A stretch of DNA of 64,000 nucleotides from Octopus sinensis (lineage: Eukaryota). Position 1 is the first letter of the stretch. Each line of letters starts with the position of its first letter. Shown here one piece after another: positions 26,951-41,999 of the stretch. The translations under genes and the position numbers were made by a program. Location: the NCBI RefSeq assembly GCF_006345805.1, contig NC_042998.1, positions 125,612,001 through 125,676,000 of the forward strand, written 5' to 3'. The notes under the pieces are model-generated. The model was not told the origin of the DNA and searched no databases. It saw nothing but the letters and a program-made list of their open reading frames with translations.

Positions 26951-28519
26951 GGAGGTTATATATATATTGATGATGTATTTTTATTCTCTCGTGTTCCTTT
27001 CTGTTGAAGAGCTTGTTGTTTACACACCTGTCTTTGCTTTTTGTAAATTTCAACTATATATATATCAATATATATATAGTATATCTATATATATAGTCGA
27101 TTAAAAAAACACAGAGAAAAAGAAATAAACAAACGTTTGGACATAGCACAAGCAACGTTTTAATAAGACGCTCAGAAAAGGAAAAGAGTAGAAGTTTTAT
27201 GTTTCAAGCATAACTCATCATTATCAGTTTATCGAGAATTCATGCAAGGCAGTGGTTAGATAAAAGAGCAGAGTCTATTGCTCTTTTCTCTCTTAAATTG
27301 GCATGTATAATGTCTAATACATTTTACAATGAAAAATCTAAACACATAATGCATCTTTTCGAGTTTTACAGTATAACCAAAGTGTCTCTTTGAGCAGACT
27401 TGCTTTTATTTTACTATCTATGTTAAAAACATGATCAACTACTTTGGAAAACAGTTGCACTTATAGAAAGCAAGCATTTTTAAAGTAAGGCCAGATGGCC
27501 CTGTTTTATAAATGCAAAGACACCTACTTAAAGAGAGAAAAGAAAAATAAATGAATAAAATAAATAAATTGTAACATGTGAAAAGAAATTGAGTAGACAG
27601 TGAATAAAATGAAGCTGCTCAAAACAAGAGGATAAAAGACAAGATAGGGAAAGTAATTTGAGTTAATATAGACCACATATCAAACTAAGTCAGAAATAAT
27701 GGCTCATTATTCAATGAACTGGAAACAAATTGAAATTGTTTATACAATGTGTGTTGTAAAAGCAATGTGCGTGTGTGTTCACACACACAAATATATATAT
27801 ATATATATATATACATATATTTATATATATATAGAGAGAGATGGGGGAGATAGTTCAGCAGATGGTAAAAAGTATTATAGTTGTAGCATGTAGTTACAAT
27901 GTATGTATGCAACTCCCTCTGGTTTGGCATGGACATTGAAGAAAGTGGCAAGCTTCGTTGGTCAACATATTTAAACATTCTTTCTAGTAAGTTCAATGTT
28001 GCTCTGCACCAACAGAGGAAACAATAGCATCAGAGGATGTCAGTCATCATGATCTCAGGTCAACAGTTAATAGAAAAGAATGCCTTCACAGCATATGCTG
28101 TGTACAAATTAGCATAAATTTCCTTTTTATCTCTCTCCCTCTTTCAATATATAAAAGCAAAGATTTTTTTATAATCATTTAATAATAATAGCTAGACTTT
28201 TTTTTTTATCAGATATAAATATGAAAAGATTTTATTAACAATACACTTTAAAAAAAAAGTCGTTCTTTAGTGGAAACTAAATAATGCATCTCTTGATGGC
28301 TGGGCAAGCAACTATAAAGATTTTCTGTTGAATTCAACTGTTTACAAATACATATTAAATGAAAAGATATATGCTCACTTGCACACAGACAGAAATAATT
28401 GTGTTTGTGTGTGTATGATATATTCTTTTAGGAAAGACATTAGTGCAGTTTTCCTTTATATATATAAACACACAGTAGCATATATGTGTGTGCATGTGTG
28501 TATAAATAAAGGAAAACTG

Positions 28520-28930
28520 GGTGCAGGAGTGGCTGTGTGGTAAGTAGCTTGCTTACCAACCACATGGTTCTGGGTTCAGTTCCATTGTGTGGCACCTTGG
28601 GCAGGTGTCTTCTACTATAGCCTCGAGCCGGCCAAAGCCTTGTGAGTGGATTGGGTAGACGGAAACTGAAAGAAGCCCATCATGTGTGTTTGTGCACATG
28701 TGTGTGTGTATATATATATATATATATACACATGTGCATCTGAGTTTGTCCCCACCAACATCACTTGACAATTGATTTTAGTGTGTTTATGTCCCTGTAA
28801 CTTAGCGGTTCGGCAAAAGAGACCGACAGAATAAGTACTAGGCTTACAAAGAATAAGTCTTGGGGGCAATTTGCTCGACTAAAGGCGGTGCTCCAGCATG
28901 GCCGCATTCAAATGACTGTAACAAATAAAA
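28520..28930 (+). mobile_element. Full-length tRNA-derived SINE
   Basis: ggtgcaggagtggctgtgtggtaag (A box) ..gggttcagttcc (B box), internal (TG/TA)n, tail ..ggcggtgctccagcatggcc..; other copies at 29118, 38905 and 44715. Confidence 0.9.
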
Positions 28931-28931
28931 G

Positions 28932-28963
<32 letters not shown>

Positions 28964-29117
28964 TAAATAGGGAGAATTCAGAAAAAAAAAAACAAAAGAC
29001 AAAGACAACAAACAGATGTATTAATTTAATGCTTGGGAAGTGAAAAAGTGAAAAACGTTTCGAGCCTACGGTCTTCCACAGAAAAGAACACAGAAAGAAA
29101 CAAGGAGAGAAACAATA

Positions 29118-29510
29118 GGCGCAGGAGTGGCTGTGTGGTAAGTAGCTTGCTTACCAACCACATGGTTCTGGGTTCAGTCCCACTGCGTGGCATCTTGGGC
29201 AAGTGTCTTCTGCTATAGCTCCGGGCCGACCAATGCCTTGTGAGTGGATTTGGTAGACGGAAACTGAAAGAAGCCTGTCGTATATATGTATATGTATGTG
29301 TGTGTATATGATTGTGTGTCTGTGTTTGTCCCCCTAGCATTGCTTGACAACCAATGCTGGTGTGTTTACGTCCCTGTCACTTAGCGGTTCGGCAAAAGAG
29401 ACCGATAGAATAAGTACTGGGCTTAAAAAGAATAAGTCCCGGGATCGATCTGCTCGACTAAAGGCGGTGCTCCAGCATGGCCGCAGTCAAATGACTGAAA
29501 CAAGTAAAAG
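29118..29510 (+). mobile_element. Full-length tRNA-derived SINE (young, CpGs retained)
   Basis: Same structure as 28520-28930. Confidence 0.9.
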
Positions 29511-30689
29511 AGAGAAAAAGAGAGAAAATAAAGAATGTGTAGTGGCTAGCGATCTATCAAGGCGAATGTGGGATATATATAAAAGTACATAGTTATGTCT
29601 GTAAACGTGTATGATGTGTGCATATACATATGTGTTTATATGTTTATACACACACACACATATATATTATTCAGTTTTTTAATGGTGTATTACAGTTAGT
29701 GTAAGATGAAGTTTGTATTATAGCCTAAGAGATGTAGTTAATGTAGCATAGCCAATGAAAAGTAAGTTGATTTTACATCAAAGAGAAGAACAGAATAATG
29801 AAGCAAACCAACAAAGCCTCCTGCAATCCGATGGAGCAAATGCAGCTGTTTGCTTAACAGCACACTTTTAGGGATATATTTTATGGGAATGGGTACCCAA
29901 TGCTTAGTACCTTACACATTTGTATTTTGAAATAATGTTTGCATAGTGTTGTTGCCTGCATGACCTTGTAAGTAAATTTGAAATTCACTTCCAAATGTTA
30001 TTTCACTTTTTTTTTGTAACAGTGTTACATAAACATCAGGTGGTTTCCATTGAGATAAAAGTATTGTATAAAGACTAAAAATGAATGTCTCTAGCTGATA
30101 TAGAAAGAAATAGGTTTATTGTATAGCTAACTAACCTCACCTGCTTGTATTTTACCTTTATGGGATCAGAACAATTCAGCTACTGTCTGCAAGTGGTATC
30201 AATAGACTAGAGCCAAGAAAGAGCAAACATTTGAAGTGCACAAATTTAAGGTTGCACTTAGCTGCATAAACACAATAGGATAGCAAATTAGAATAACAAT
30301 CATTATTATATAATATCTATCATAATTTTCACATACAAGTTAAAAATAATATAAGCTTCAATTCAAGAGAGGTAGAGGCTGTTGATTTAAATTATCCAAG
30401 AACTGGAATGGTACTTGTTTTTATCAGTTCTCAATGGATAAAAAACAAAGTCAACTTTGACAGGATACAAACTCAGAAAATATAAAGATGTAATTGAATA
30501 CCACAAGGCATTTTGTCTGCCCATCAACTAGTTATACCATCTATTGCAATAATAATAATGATGATGATGATTTTGTTTATTAGTCACAAGAGACCAAGAA
30601 ATTAAGGAAAATTCCAGGCAAAAAAAAAACAAAATACACGCTTTACAATGAGTATAAAGAAATGTTTGAAACAAAATGACATAAAAAAT

Positions 30690-32280
30690 TTCCCCAACAA
30701 TAGTGGGGTGCCCAGAGTAATTCAGGTGGAAATCTCACATAAAAGTCTGGGTTACTTTGTCACATCTAAATCACTAAAAGTACTTTCTGTTTCCTTCCTC
30801 CCACTTAGAGAAGCATACTTAGAGTAAGCCAATTCAGCTTTTCCAGTCTCACCTCTCTTACCCACCTTTTATAAAATGCACTAGAAAGCAGCAGCATCTT
30901 CTCTTTCTTCACTTTTCTTGTCAAGTGGTACTAGAAGAAGTTGAGTGTTTGGTCAGTGAGAAAAATGCTGGTCCTCAAGCTTTTCAAATGAGTCCACCAC
31001 TTTTCTTTGATTTTTTTTTTTTTTTGCTATACTCACCAAGATGAGGAAGACTAGCCACCCTTCCCTGCCAAAGGAGGGTGGTGTGTTGATTTTTCACCAC
31101 AGACTCAGCTGATAGCTGGATTTGTTCTACACGTAATAGCAGCTGTTTGACACAAGCCCATAACTAGTAGTGCATGGACACTAAACGAGAGCAAATCGTC
31201 AACCTCCATGCATTTTGGACAGATTTAGCTGTTGACACATCCATGCCTATAGAGCTTATCTCAAACAGATAACGCTCTTATTAGTAGAGAGTGGGAATGA
31301 GACTAGTTGTTTATATCCTTCACTAACCCTCCAAGAATGTAAGAGTTGTTTTACTGCTGTTGATGGCATTGTCCAGCTAGTATAGTACTGGGAGCACCTA
31401 ACAACATCCTAGATAACAACGCCCAACTTGGGTTGGAGCTGCTGAAAGATGTATTATACGAATGGAGCCCAACTAGCTGCCCTTCATTTTTGTTATCATC
31501 ACTGCCACAGTAGTTCAGATATTTCTGTTGGTGTGTCAGTCACAGTGCATACATGTGTATTATCAATGATGGCACCCTGAGACCACAACAGAGTGGGTAT
31601 TGGTAGCAGATGAATTTCCTGACCAGTAGAATGTATCTTCCATAAGAAGTGGAAAAGCGTTCATACAGTAATACCACTGAGGTGATGCAGATGCTGGTGA
31701 ATTCTGTCCAACATTTCAGGGAAAATTTCTTCTAAGCCCATTTCCAAGTAAGAATGGTTAACCTATTTACAACTACTTTCCAGTTCTTATCTACCTGAAG
31801 GTCTAGTCCAAGCCGGGTCCAGAAAATTTTAACCAGTTCCTTGTTCCAGCAACAAAAATCAGCTTTGGTTGACATGGATTTGCTTCTCTCTATGCCAAGT
31901 TTAAAGATTACAGACTTATCCCAGTTGATGTGTGCTCTTGTGCACTGCTGGAGGGAATGTATTCAACATAATTTATTGATACAATGTTCTATGAGCATAG
32001 AAAATAGTGAAGCACTCTGTGAAATACCATAAAGCATTGTTTGGTTCTTTATTGTGGAAGACTAACACTTAAAATACAAATGAGAGTATGTAACAATGTT
32101 TATGACTTTCCCAAAAGACATTAGCAGCCAGTGCAAGAAACTGTGTTCTGAATTTGCAAACCACAGCATAGAAGGGGAAATTCAGCAGTAAGCAAGCACA
32201 GAGTAAAAGCCCAAAACTCCAAAGATGTACAAAACTTGCTGATATACCAAATCTATTCCACTTCACCTCTTCTCTCCAGG
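30690..32280 (-). mobile_element. Degenerate Tx1/L1-clade LINE (RT C-terminal half and zinc knuckle)
   Basis: Minus-strand remnants AHINWDKSVIFKLG..RSKSM (cf. AKIN.EKS.GL.LG.WR), DKLYRHG, CPKCMEV and TPPSFGREGWLVFLILV; many stops. Confidence 0.65.
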
Positions 32281-35200
32281 TTTGAAATCAAACCGAAAAG
32301 ATAATCTTGTAAGCAATGTTGAGGGAGCAAACGAATCAAGGCAAGTTAATCTATATGACACTGAATTGATAAATAAACAGCAAGCTGCCTACAAGATATT
32401 TTATCTGAATTTACAGTGAAATAGGATAGGAATGTTTCAAATTTAGATATAACTATCTTTCATTTCTAATGAGACACGATAACTGTCTTGCACAGGTTCA
32501 ACATTTGTTCTTAAATATTTGTCACATTATCAGTTATATGGAGGTATGAGTAGAGAAGTTGCTGTTATTTAGCCCAGGTCAGCCATGATCAAGCAAAGAT
32601 ATGATCAAAGGTATTCCAGCTTTTACTCTCATTTTATTTATCAATGACTACAATATTTAATGTATCTTTCCTCCTTTTTTAAGATGGCAGAGTGTGATTT
32701 TGAAGAAATTTGGTTGCTGTTTTTAGCAAGTCAGGCAACCATGTAGAGGCTTCCTTGCTGAAGTTTTCTGCACATCTGAACATATATCATTTGGACATGA
32801 GTTTTATATAATTTACTGAATTGGTGCCTAAATATGTTTCTTGCAATGCATTGAGAGAGTGAGTTATGGACAAAGAGGAAAGTAAGTAATGGAAAGAACG
32901 AGAATATATACAGCAAGTGAAGTTTGTGGTTTGTCACTAGAAATGTCTCTTATTCACTGAGAATTGATATGTAATTTGATGGTTTCAAGTGCTGAAATTG
33001 AATCCTTAAAAATTTAGATACATAATTACATTATGTTAGAAAATAAAGTTGGACTTTGAGATGTGACTTTTCTAAGAAATATTGCAATAAATTTGTTAAT
33101 CTGACCCCTGTAAATACTGGTACATCTAAACAATCATTATACGTTGGCAGGTTAGTAATAATGTACATGAATATGAATCAAATTGAAAATAGAAAACAAA
33201 TGTTGTTGCTATGCTATCAAATTAAGTAGTGATTTTGTTTTGAGAGGGCATGTTTGTGAAAGAACATAAGAATAATATTTATATCAACAAACCTAAAAGG
33301 GCAGATATCAAAATCATTGACAGAACTAATATTTGGAAATAAAACACTTCCTAGATTAACTCCTTACTCTCTCAACAAGATTCAAAACCCAAGATATCAA
33401 TATTGATTTCTTGAAGCTAAACACAACAATTTTGATGACTGTGATATAACCAATTGAATAACTGGCAGTATATTACTGCCATTAAAAATTTGGCTTCACT
33501 TTGTGTTTAGTCAAAAGAAACAAATGTTAAGAAGAGGCATCCAGCTATGAAACCACAAGTTCTAACAATTTAATTATATATTTTTCAAACTGTTTGATGT
33601 ATGAGGGCTTGAATACCAGAAAGCATGTGTACACATATGCACATATCAGTGAGTATATACCAAAGTAAGCATATTTCCAAATATGTATGTCTGTACATAT
33701 CAGCATGCATGTATACATATGTATGCATGTCACAAGTGGATATGAATGTAAGTATGTGTGTGTGTGTGTGTATGTGTGTGTGTGTGTGAGTGTGTGAGTG
33801 TGTGCATGCACACATTCCTGTGTGTATATTCTATAAAGTATATTGATGCTCAAGTTAAATATTTTCTGTGACTCATCCAGAAGAGAATTTTCTTTGAAAC
33901 GAGGGGAAAAAGAATTGCTGAGACCTGAACAGCAGTTGTCAGCAAGGTAGGGGTAGCATCTGATTTGTGATAAGGAAAACAACAACAAAAACCCTCAGGA
34001 GAAGAATTAAGAGCAAATCAAGAAGAAAAACAAAATAATCATGACATGGAAGAAAACGAACATGAAAACTACAAGATAAAAAAAAAAGATTTAAAATTTA
34101 CCAGAATAACCTTTCAATCAAATACAGATTGTAATAAAGTATAGAAACAGCGATTATAGACAAAACACAAAACAGTGTATCCTTTAAAAGTGACCAAGAA
34201 TTTTAAAAATTATTCCATATTTATTTACAAAGACAAACAATATATGAATAAATGAAAGCAAAAAATAAAAAGCAAAATGCAAATATAATAGATTTGTTTA
34301 ATATTAGTGTAATAAAGAACTCTATAATAAACAGAACTGAATAAACAATGAGCAGAATTTATTAGGATGGGCTTGTGTATTTATGAACTACAATAAAGGA
34401 AATGGAGACTAAATTGAAAACAAATATGACACCAATTCCCCAGAGAGGAATGTTTCTCTTTGATCATAACATTATTGGCAGTCTGTAAATAGATTTGAAT
34501 TTGCTAAAAAACTGAATACCAATAGAGATAAGAAGCCAGCTGTTTTGTAATATTTGATGAATGAGATTGTGAGAGAGAGAGAGAGAGAGAGAGAGAAGAG
34601 AGACTGAGGGAGTATGTGTGTGTTTGATTGTGTGAGTTTGTGAGTGCATGAGTGTGTGAGCCCATGTGTTTATCTGCATCTGTGCAAAAGTTATTGAGGA
34701 ATATTTGTGTGTTCAACATGATAATATTTGCTAAGCCATTTTCTTTTCAGCATTGCAGAACTATTGTTTTCAAAATAGTATAATATGTCTTGCAATGTCT
34801 AAAGTTTAATATAATAAGCTATGAAACCAAACAGGATATTTGCAAAAGCTTTAGCTAAATGTAACTACACTTTATTCTCCTATTACAATGAGCAAGCCGC
34901 TACATGGTTGCTCAAATAGCTAAAACTAGCAGAGAACTCTATTTCAAATCCCACCCTACACTCTAGCAAAATAAAGAGTATAAGGGGTAATGCTGTCCAA
35001 GATAGGCTGAATCTCAAAAAAAAAAAAAAAGACAAAATGGTTACTATTGGAATGCCTTCAGAGGTTTCCTTGATCAGAGTTGACCTTGAACTAAACAATA
35101 CACACACAAGCACATGGGCACACACACATGTATACACTCAAACACATTTTGCATGCATTTTACCAAGATAATAATGAGTCTAAGTAAGTATAGTTCCCAA

Positions 35201-36654
35201 GTTAATAGAGAACATAATTAGCTGAGGGATCAGTGCAGTTAAATACTGGTTTATATTCAGTGTAGCAAAATCAGCTTCAGTGATGTCTAAAGATGAGCAT
35301 GGATACAGTGCTATTAGTGAAAAAAAAAATACCCCCTTCTAGATTTGTTTTAGACCTATAAAAGGTTATATAAAATGTACTGTACATTTAAATTGTGGGT
35401 TTCATTTTACAGGTGACTGCACTTTCCATCATAAAAATATGGTACCACAACTAATTGAATCAAAATAAAAATTGGATCCCACTGATCAACTACAAGTCAA
35501 CTACTGATATCTAGTTGATCAACTATTGATATCTCTAATCAAGCAAAATCAGATAAGGAAGGAAAAAATGAAGTTTTACAGTGATGCTGTAATTTTATAT
35601 AAATTTTTTCTGTATATTTTCACAATTGTTGTAGTCAACAAGTGAATTACAAATGTATATTTCCTTCTATCTCAGGTATGCATCTGGATTTTGTTGTCTT
35701 TAAACTCTCTTAACAACACATAAACCTTCACACTTAGTTCAAACACTACAATCTTATGTAAAGAGGACACCACACATCACTCCTTGTCCACCTTTCCAAC
35801 ACAATTGTTATACACATTTCATGCATGCCTTACTTCTATGAAAAGACCAGCTAGAAATAGAAGCTAGATTTCTATCAAAATATATATCAGACAATGTACT
35901 CCCAGATATGAACAACCAAAATATTCACTCACAAATTTTACAAATGCTAATCCACATAATCTCTGCTTAACAAACATAGTTGCCACCACCTCTCTCTCAT
36001 ATGTCTGTGCATGTGTGTGTGTGGGGGTGGGTGGATGGATGGATGGATAGATAGATAGATAAATCATAGTCGTGACTAACACCAGTGTTGCGTAAGTGGC
36101 ACTCATGCTAGTGGCATGTAAAAATGTTGGACCTCAGAGGCAGTGATAGGTGACTGAGACCTTTGGTGAAATACCATGCTTCAAAAGACCGGTCAAGCCA
36201 AGTGAGATCATAGTTGTGGCCAGTGCTGGTGTTATATAACTGGTACCCATGCTGGTGGTATGTAAAAAGCATCAACTACACTCTTGGAGTGGTTGGCATT
36301 AGCAAGGGCATCCAGCTAGAGAAACCATGCTTAATCAGATTGGAACCTGGTGCAGTTCCCCAGCTTACCAGTCAAACCATCCAACCTATACCAGCATGGA
36401 AAACGGCTGTTAAATGATGATATATGTGTGTGTGTGTGCTTAATATATATAGATATTTTTTTATTCTTGTTTCAGTCATTTGACTGAGACCATGCTGAAG
36501 CACCACTTTTAGTTGAGCAAATCGACCCCAGAACTTATTCATTGTAAGCCTAGTACTTATTCTATTTGTCTCTTTTGCCAAACCACTAAGTTATGGGGAT
36601 GTTGACAGGGCAAACACACACACAAAAACATATACATATATATATCTCATCATC

Positions 36655-36830
36655 ATCAATATCATCATTTAATGCCCGTTTTCCATGCTAGCATGGGTTG
36701 GACGGTTCGACTGGGGTCTGAGAAGCCAGGAGGCTGCCCCAGGCACCAGTCTGATCTGGCAGTGTTTCTACAGCTGGATGCCTTTCCTAACACCAACCAC
36801 TCCATGAGTGTAGTGGGTGCTTGAGTGTAG
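36655..36830 (-). mobile_element. RTE 3' tail fragment
   Basis: catcatttaatgcccgttttccatgctagcatgggttggacgg. Confidence 0.75.
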
Positions 36831-38873
36831 TGTGTGTGTCCAAAATAGTACACTCCAAACCAAACCAGGCTTCAGTAACCAAACAGTACTTGAATGCAGA
36901 TCAGTTACCAACTCCTTACAAGACATAAACATTTAAAATGTTCATTCTATTTTATTTTATTTTTTTTCTAAGTTAACTGAGTGTTTACAAACCTCTATTC
37001 ACCAACATGCTACAAACACTAATCTACAAACATGCTGTACCCTCCACTTGTCTCTTTTACCATTACAATAGCTCTTGCTCCTTTTAACTAGCAAGATGAG
37101 TACCATCCCTTCCCAAGCCCATACAATGCATCCCTCACTCCTCTTATCACTGCTTTGTCTCACCTCATTCAGAATGAAACACCTATCCAAATCTTCCATC
37201 ATTCAATTACAGCTCTTTGGAAGAATTTTCTATGTTGCTGTTTATGATGGGGTGCTGAAAAGCTACTGGCTTTAGGTAGAAGAAAATACAAGAGGATCAT
37301 TTAATTATGGTTTTTCTCCTAAGATTTTTCTAAGCTCTGTAAAAGAACTTGGAATGTTGGGCCTCCAACCAGGCTTTTCACGATACTCTTTTAGCTAGGA
37401 ACTTTACAGCACCCCTTCATAGCTCCAAGTTAGTCTTAACTGAGTAAATCGATGGTTCAAGGACATTCCAGCTTTGACTGTCTTAACATAAACCACTTTA
37501 CAGAGTGCAATAGGTACTTTTTATGTGGCATCAGCAGCAATGAGGTCACCAAGAAACTTGCAAGACAAGACCCTTCAATTGAACAGGAGTATTGAGGCTT
37601 TGTGCCAGGTGATGAGAAGTTAGGGCATGAATAGAGAGGCAGAAATAGGTACCTTGCTGTAGAGACAATACATGGCTACCTCAGTTGGAGAGAGAGAGAA
37701 GGGGAAGATATTGGATAGTTGAGCTATGACAAGGTACTTCTTACTGCCAACTAGACAGTCCTGTTGGGTTTTAAGTTCCGCTTAAAACTGTTTTCAAACA
37801 AAATATAGCATGCATCGTTATTCGATGAAAGGATATAGTTGGAGTCAACTGGCAATTAAGACCATCATCAGTGTTTTTAATGTATCACATTGTTGGATAA
37901 CTGATTAACACAGGCATTTGTCTCAGGTTATTAGTAGGACATTTTTCTGTTTACCACTAACATTTGATACAGTCCAGTTTCTAACAACTCACCACTACTG
38001 TTTGTCTTAATAGTCCCCAAAAGGATAAAAAGTCAGAACTTTGATAAACTCTGAACTTGTACCTGTAGGTTATGAAACAAATCAATTTAGTCTGCTTCTT
38101 AGCACAGTGGCCATGAGATAAAGGTGCTAAACCATTAACCACAAGGTCATGATTTCAGATTTGATATAAACCTAATTAAGGCGTAAACATTAATCACCAG
38201 TGCATGTTCAATTATAGCAAAAGCATTAAATGAAAGGAAGTTGTGAAGTGAACTAATAATCTAAGCTGTAAAAAATCTACGATTCAGTGATCCATGAACA
38301 AATATGTAACAGAAATCCAACTGATGATATTATTATTAAATGAAAGAACCCAAATGGGAAAGAGAAAGAAACAAAACAACACTACAACAGTGAACCTTAT
38401 ATCTTTAACAAGATGTCAAAGTTTAGTAAGATACAATGTGGTTAGCTTCCAAACAACATAGTACATCAATTCATCCAACTAAATCTATCTTTCCATATTA
38501 AGAGACAGATTAATATCTTTTTAAATATCTTAAACAATAAAGGCTTTAATATTTGGTTCTCATTGCAGAAACTGTTGAAAAGCTGAAACAAAAGTTCCAA
38601 ACCTGAAAGAATTATCTAAGGTCGATATGGCAAAGATTAAACTACTAGTGAGTAATAAAGAGAACTGTGGAATCTAGACATGTTAGAAGAAAACTGAAGA
38701 AAACATGGGAGGAAGAGTCAGATCATAAACAAGATGGTAAATATAATCAAAGACATATGGTAATAGACTATATAGCAATAACAATGTAAAGCATCAAGAA
38801 AAGATCAATGAAATAATTACACACAAATATACACATAAATATAAATATACATGTGTGTGTGTGTGTGTGTGTA

Positions 38874-38904
<31 letters not shown>

Positions 38905-38905
<1 letters not shown>

Positions 38906-39300
38906 GGAGTGGCTGTGTGGTAAGTAGCTTGCTTACGAACCACATGGTTCCAGGTTCAGTCCCACTGCATGGCACCTTGGGCAAGTGTCTTCTACTATAG
39001 CTTCGGGCCAACCAAAGCTTTGTGAGCAGATTTGGTAGACGGAAACTGAAAGAAGCCCATCATATATATGTTCGTGTGTGTATGTTTGTGTGCCTGTGTT
39101 TGTCCCCCCACCAACATTACTTGACAACCAATGCTGGTGTGTTTACTTCCCCATAACTTAGTGGTTTGGCAAAAGAAACCGATAGAATAAGTACTAGGCT
39201 TATGAAGAATAAGTCCTGGGGTCAATTTGCTTGACTAAAGGCAGTGCTCCAGCATGGCCACAGTTACATGACTGAAACAAGTAAAAAAGTAAAAGTAAAA
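38905..39300 (+). mobile_element. tRNA-derived SINE
   Basis: Same family as 28520. Confidence 0.9.
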
Positions 39301-41240
39301 AGTATACACACACACCTCTGTGAATATTTATAAATCAGATGAATAACTTTCTTCTGAACGCACTTTAGAATGTCAATGACTAAAGGAGGTGTGCCACTGT
39401 AGATATGGAAACATAGTGCAGCAGAACTTAAATATATAACTGAGCAGCCATGTAATCATTCAGCTTGCTAGAAAAAGTAGCCAGATACCAGCCTACCACT
39501 TTACAGAAGAGAAGAGACTCATTGGCCAATACAAAAAGATGGGATTGTCACAACAGGGTCGACTTCATTATGGTTTCTGAGGTTAAACAACAACTGGATG
39601 AAGAAAGGTATACCCAGATTTAGAAGTGAGGAAACAGTCAAACTCATTGGGAACATCTCTGATAGAGCACAAGAAGGGGATACACAGTGAAACCTGTTAG
39701 GGCAAGATATTAACTGGTAAGTTGATGATTAGATGTCACAAGTGGAAAAAGGAAAAAAATGACAAAGTTGGGAGTAGTAATTAAGACAATGTTATAGGTC
39801 ATCAGACAAAAAAAAATTCACAAATATCACTTGAATTCATTCATATTTCAGCAACCGTTTAAAGATAACCCAAATTTATGATACCCACTAGTTTGCAAAT
39901 AATTCACTAGTAACCTTGGCAAAACTGGAGTCAGTACACAAAATAGATGTCAAATAGAAAGAAGAGGCTTTCTTTTGTGAATTACATGAATATTCATAGG
40001 CAATGTGTGTATGATGAGGAGATTACTTGCTTTTACAGAGAAAATAAGGGTAATGGAAAAAACACTTTTTGCTACTGTCTGAAGCCATTTCGTTTCAGTT
40101 ATACATCGTTAATGATCCCTTGGAAAAGCATAAATATCCTAACATTTCATTTATTATCTTCCACAAATGTGTCTGTTTAATCAAAATAAATCAGTCTTAG
40201 CATAAACAGGATAGAGGATAAAATATCTGCTCTCCAAGTGAGCCGGTGATATGCTAAAAACTAAACCAAATTTCTCTCAAATCACATTCTACCATCTAAA
40301 AAGAAGGATACTTTGACTGTGAATCTCTTAGATCAGAGATGACCTGGGAGGTTAAACAACAGAATTAAAATATAAGAACACATAGACATCCGTTGTTACT
40401 CATATACTTGTACACTACTTCTCTAACTCACATCTTTTGAACTACTTATAAACACTGTATGAGTAAAATGTTTAAGTATTTATTTTATAAAGAGATGTCC
40501 AAGTTCACTGTTATTGTTACAATACTCAGTAAATTTTATTATCATATGCTACTGAATTTTGTTATCATTCATTTTATATGTGTACATGCTCGTTTATTTT
40601 AATTAGGCCTTAATTTTAGAAATTACAGTAGAAATACACTATGTGTACATTACCAATTATGTGTTTAAAATAGAAATTTATTTCTGTAACTAAATTTATT
40701 TACATGCCTTTCACTATTCATCCCACATGCTGAAACTTAAAAGCCAATGTTTTCATTCTAACAGGCATCTATTATTTTACTAGTCAAAATTACCACTGTT
40801 CCAATGTCTTTAAATTCTATTTCATACTAAAATTTACGTTTTATCAATTCTATTCAAGTTTTCCTTTCATTAAAAACTATTCATAAATTTCTAAAACGAT
40901 ATATTTTGTTTTTCTTTTTTTCAGTTACGCCACTCACAATAAACTCTCCTGAAATCTTTAAACCCTTTGTTGGATTATTTTCATCTTCTAATTAGAAGTA
41001 ACCAATATCATTTCAGGCAATTATTTCCCCAGTAGTTGAGATTTTCCTTATTGCCATGATTATCAAACTTGCAGAGCACTTGCCCAACAAAAGTTTTTGG
41101 TTCTGAAGGCACTGAAGCAATCCTAATAACTCCACAGAATTACTGAAAATAATCTGCAAATATTTTGACATTTTGTTAATAGGGATGAATCTACAGAAAA
41201 GTGACGGTAGAATCTACATTGCTCAAGAAACACTTTCACC

Positions 41241-41468
41241 TTAACCCATTTGAAACCATATATCTTCTGAAGTAAAGTACCTTTATTTCAATCAATTTTT
41301 AAGATAAAAAGTAATCAGTAAAATATCTTTATCATTATTAAGCTGGTGTTTAGAACATAAATTGATATAAAATTCTGATGGAAGGTTTTAATGTAGATTA
41401 CTTTAAATCAGGAAGTTTCTATCACAGAACCAGAGCTAGTCTCAAGTTGGTGGTACCAGGAGAGTTAA
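41241..41468 (+). mobile_element. Second piggyBac-type MITE family (TTAA-bounded), decayed
   Basis: TTAA-CCCATTTGAAACC ... GGTACCAGGAGAG-TTAA, same ~228-bp size. Confidence 0.45.
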
Positions 41469-41999
41469 AAGAATTTTTGTTTTATTAATACTATATAATA
41501 CTTAGCTTGTTAATATCATCAGTAATCAAAATGTAAATTTATGATATTCATTCCTTCTCCTTAATGAAGTTGATTTTTGCCTTTAGTCCCTACTAGATCA
41601 ATAAAATAAGAAGCACAAGGAATATCAGAAATGCTTTTATAAACACAAGAGTTAAAGGGTCCATTCTCAACTGTTTTCTACAGTGTTTTAACAAATGAGA
41701 GGTAAAACTCTCTCTGGATAATATCACAAGTAAATTTTATCAGAAGACCAAACATATTCACTTGTTAAGTAAAATGAAAGATGTAGAGTTAAGTGTTTTG
41801 CCTAAGAGAAGCTCACAACCATAATGCAGTAAACAACTTGCTTTTTTTATTACTACATATGACATCCAAAAATTAACTTAACTCGCTCTTTCATTGCCCA
41901 TAATGAAATTTAAAAAAAACACTTTTGGTCAAAGAAAACAATAATGTCGTTGTATGCTTTATCTCCTCTTATATGATTAGTGAGAGCTATACAAGCCAT

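Noticed and set aside
28520-28600. tRNA-like heads of SINEs (also 4140-4198, 29118, 38905)
   Set aside because: They continue into SINE bodies and lack a complete cloverleaf; not tRNA genes
33545-33988. 147-aa ORF and similar HTHT/YIYI/SLSL ORFs across the track
   Set aside because: Open mainly through (CA)n, (TA)n or (GA)n tracts; no coherent protein features
38569-38648. Plus-strand segment with a good acceptor (ctcattgcag) and donor (gtgagt)
   Set aside because: Stops in all three frames and no support; possibly part of a decayed TE
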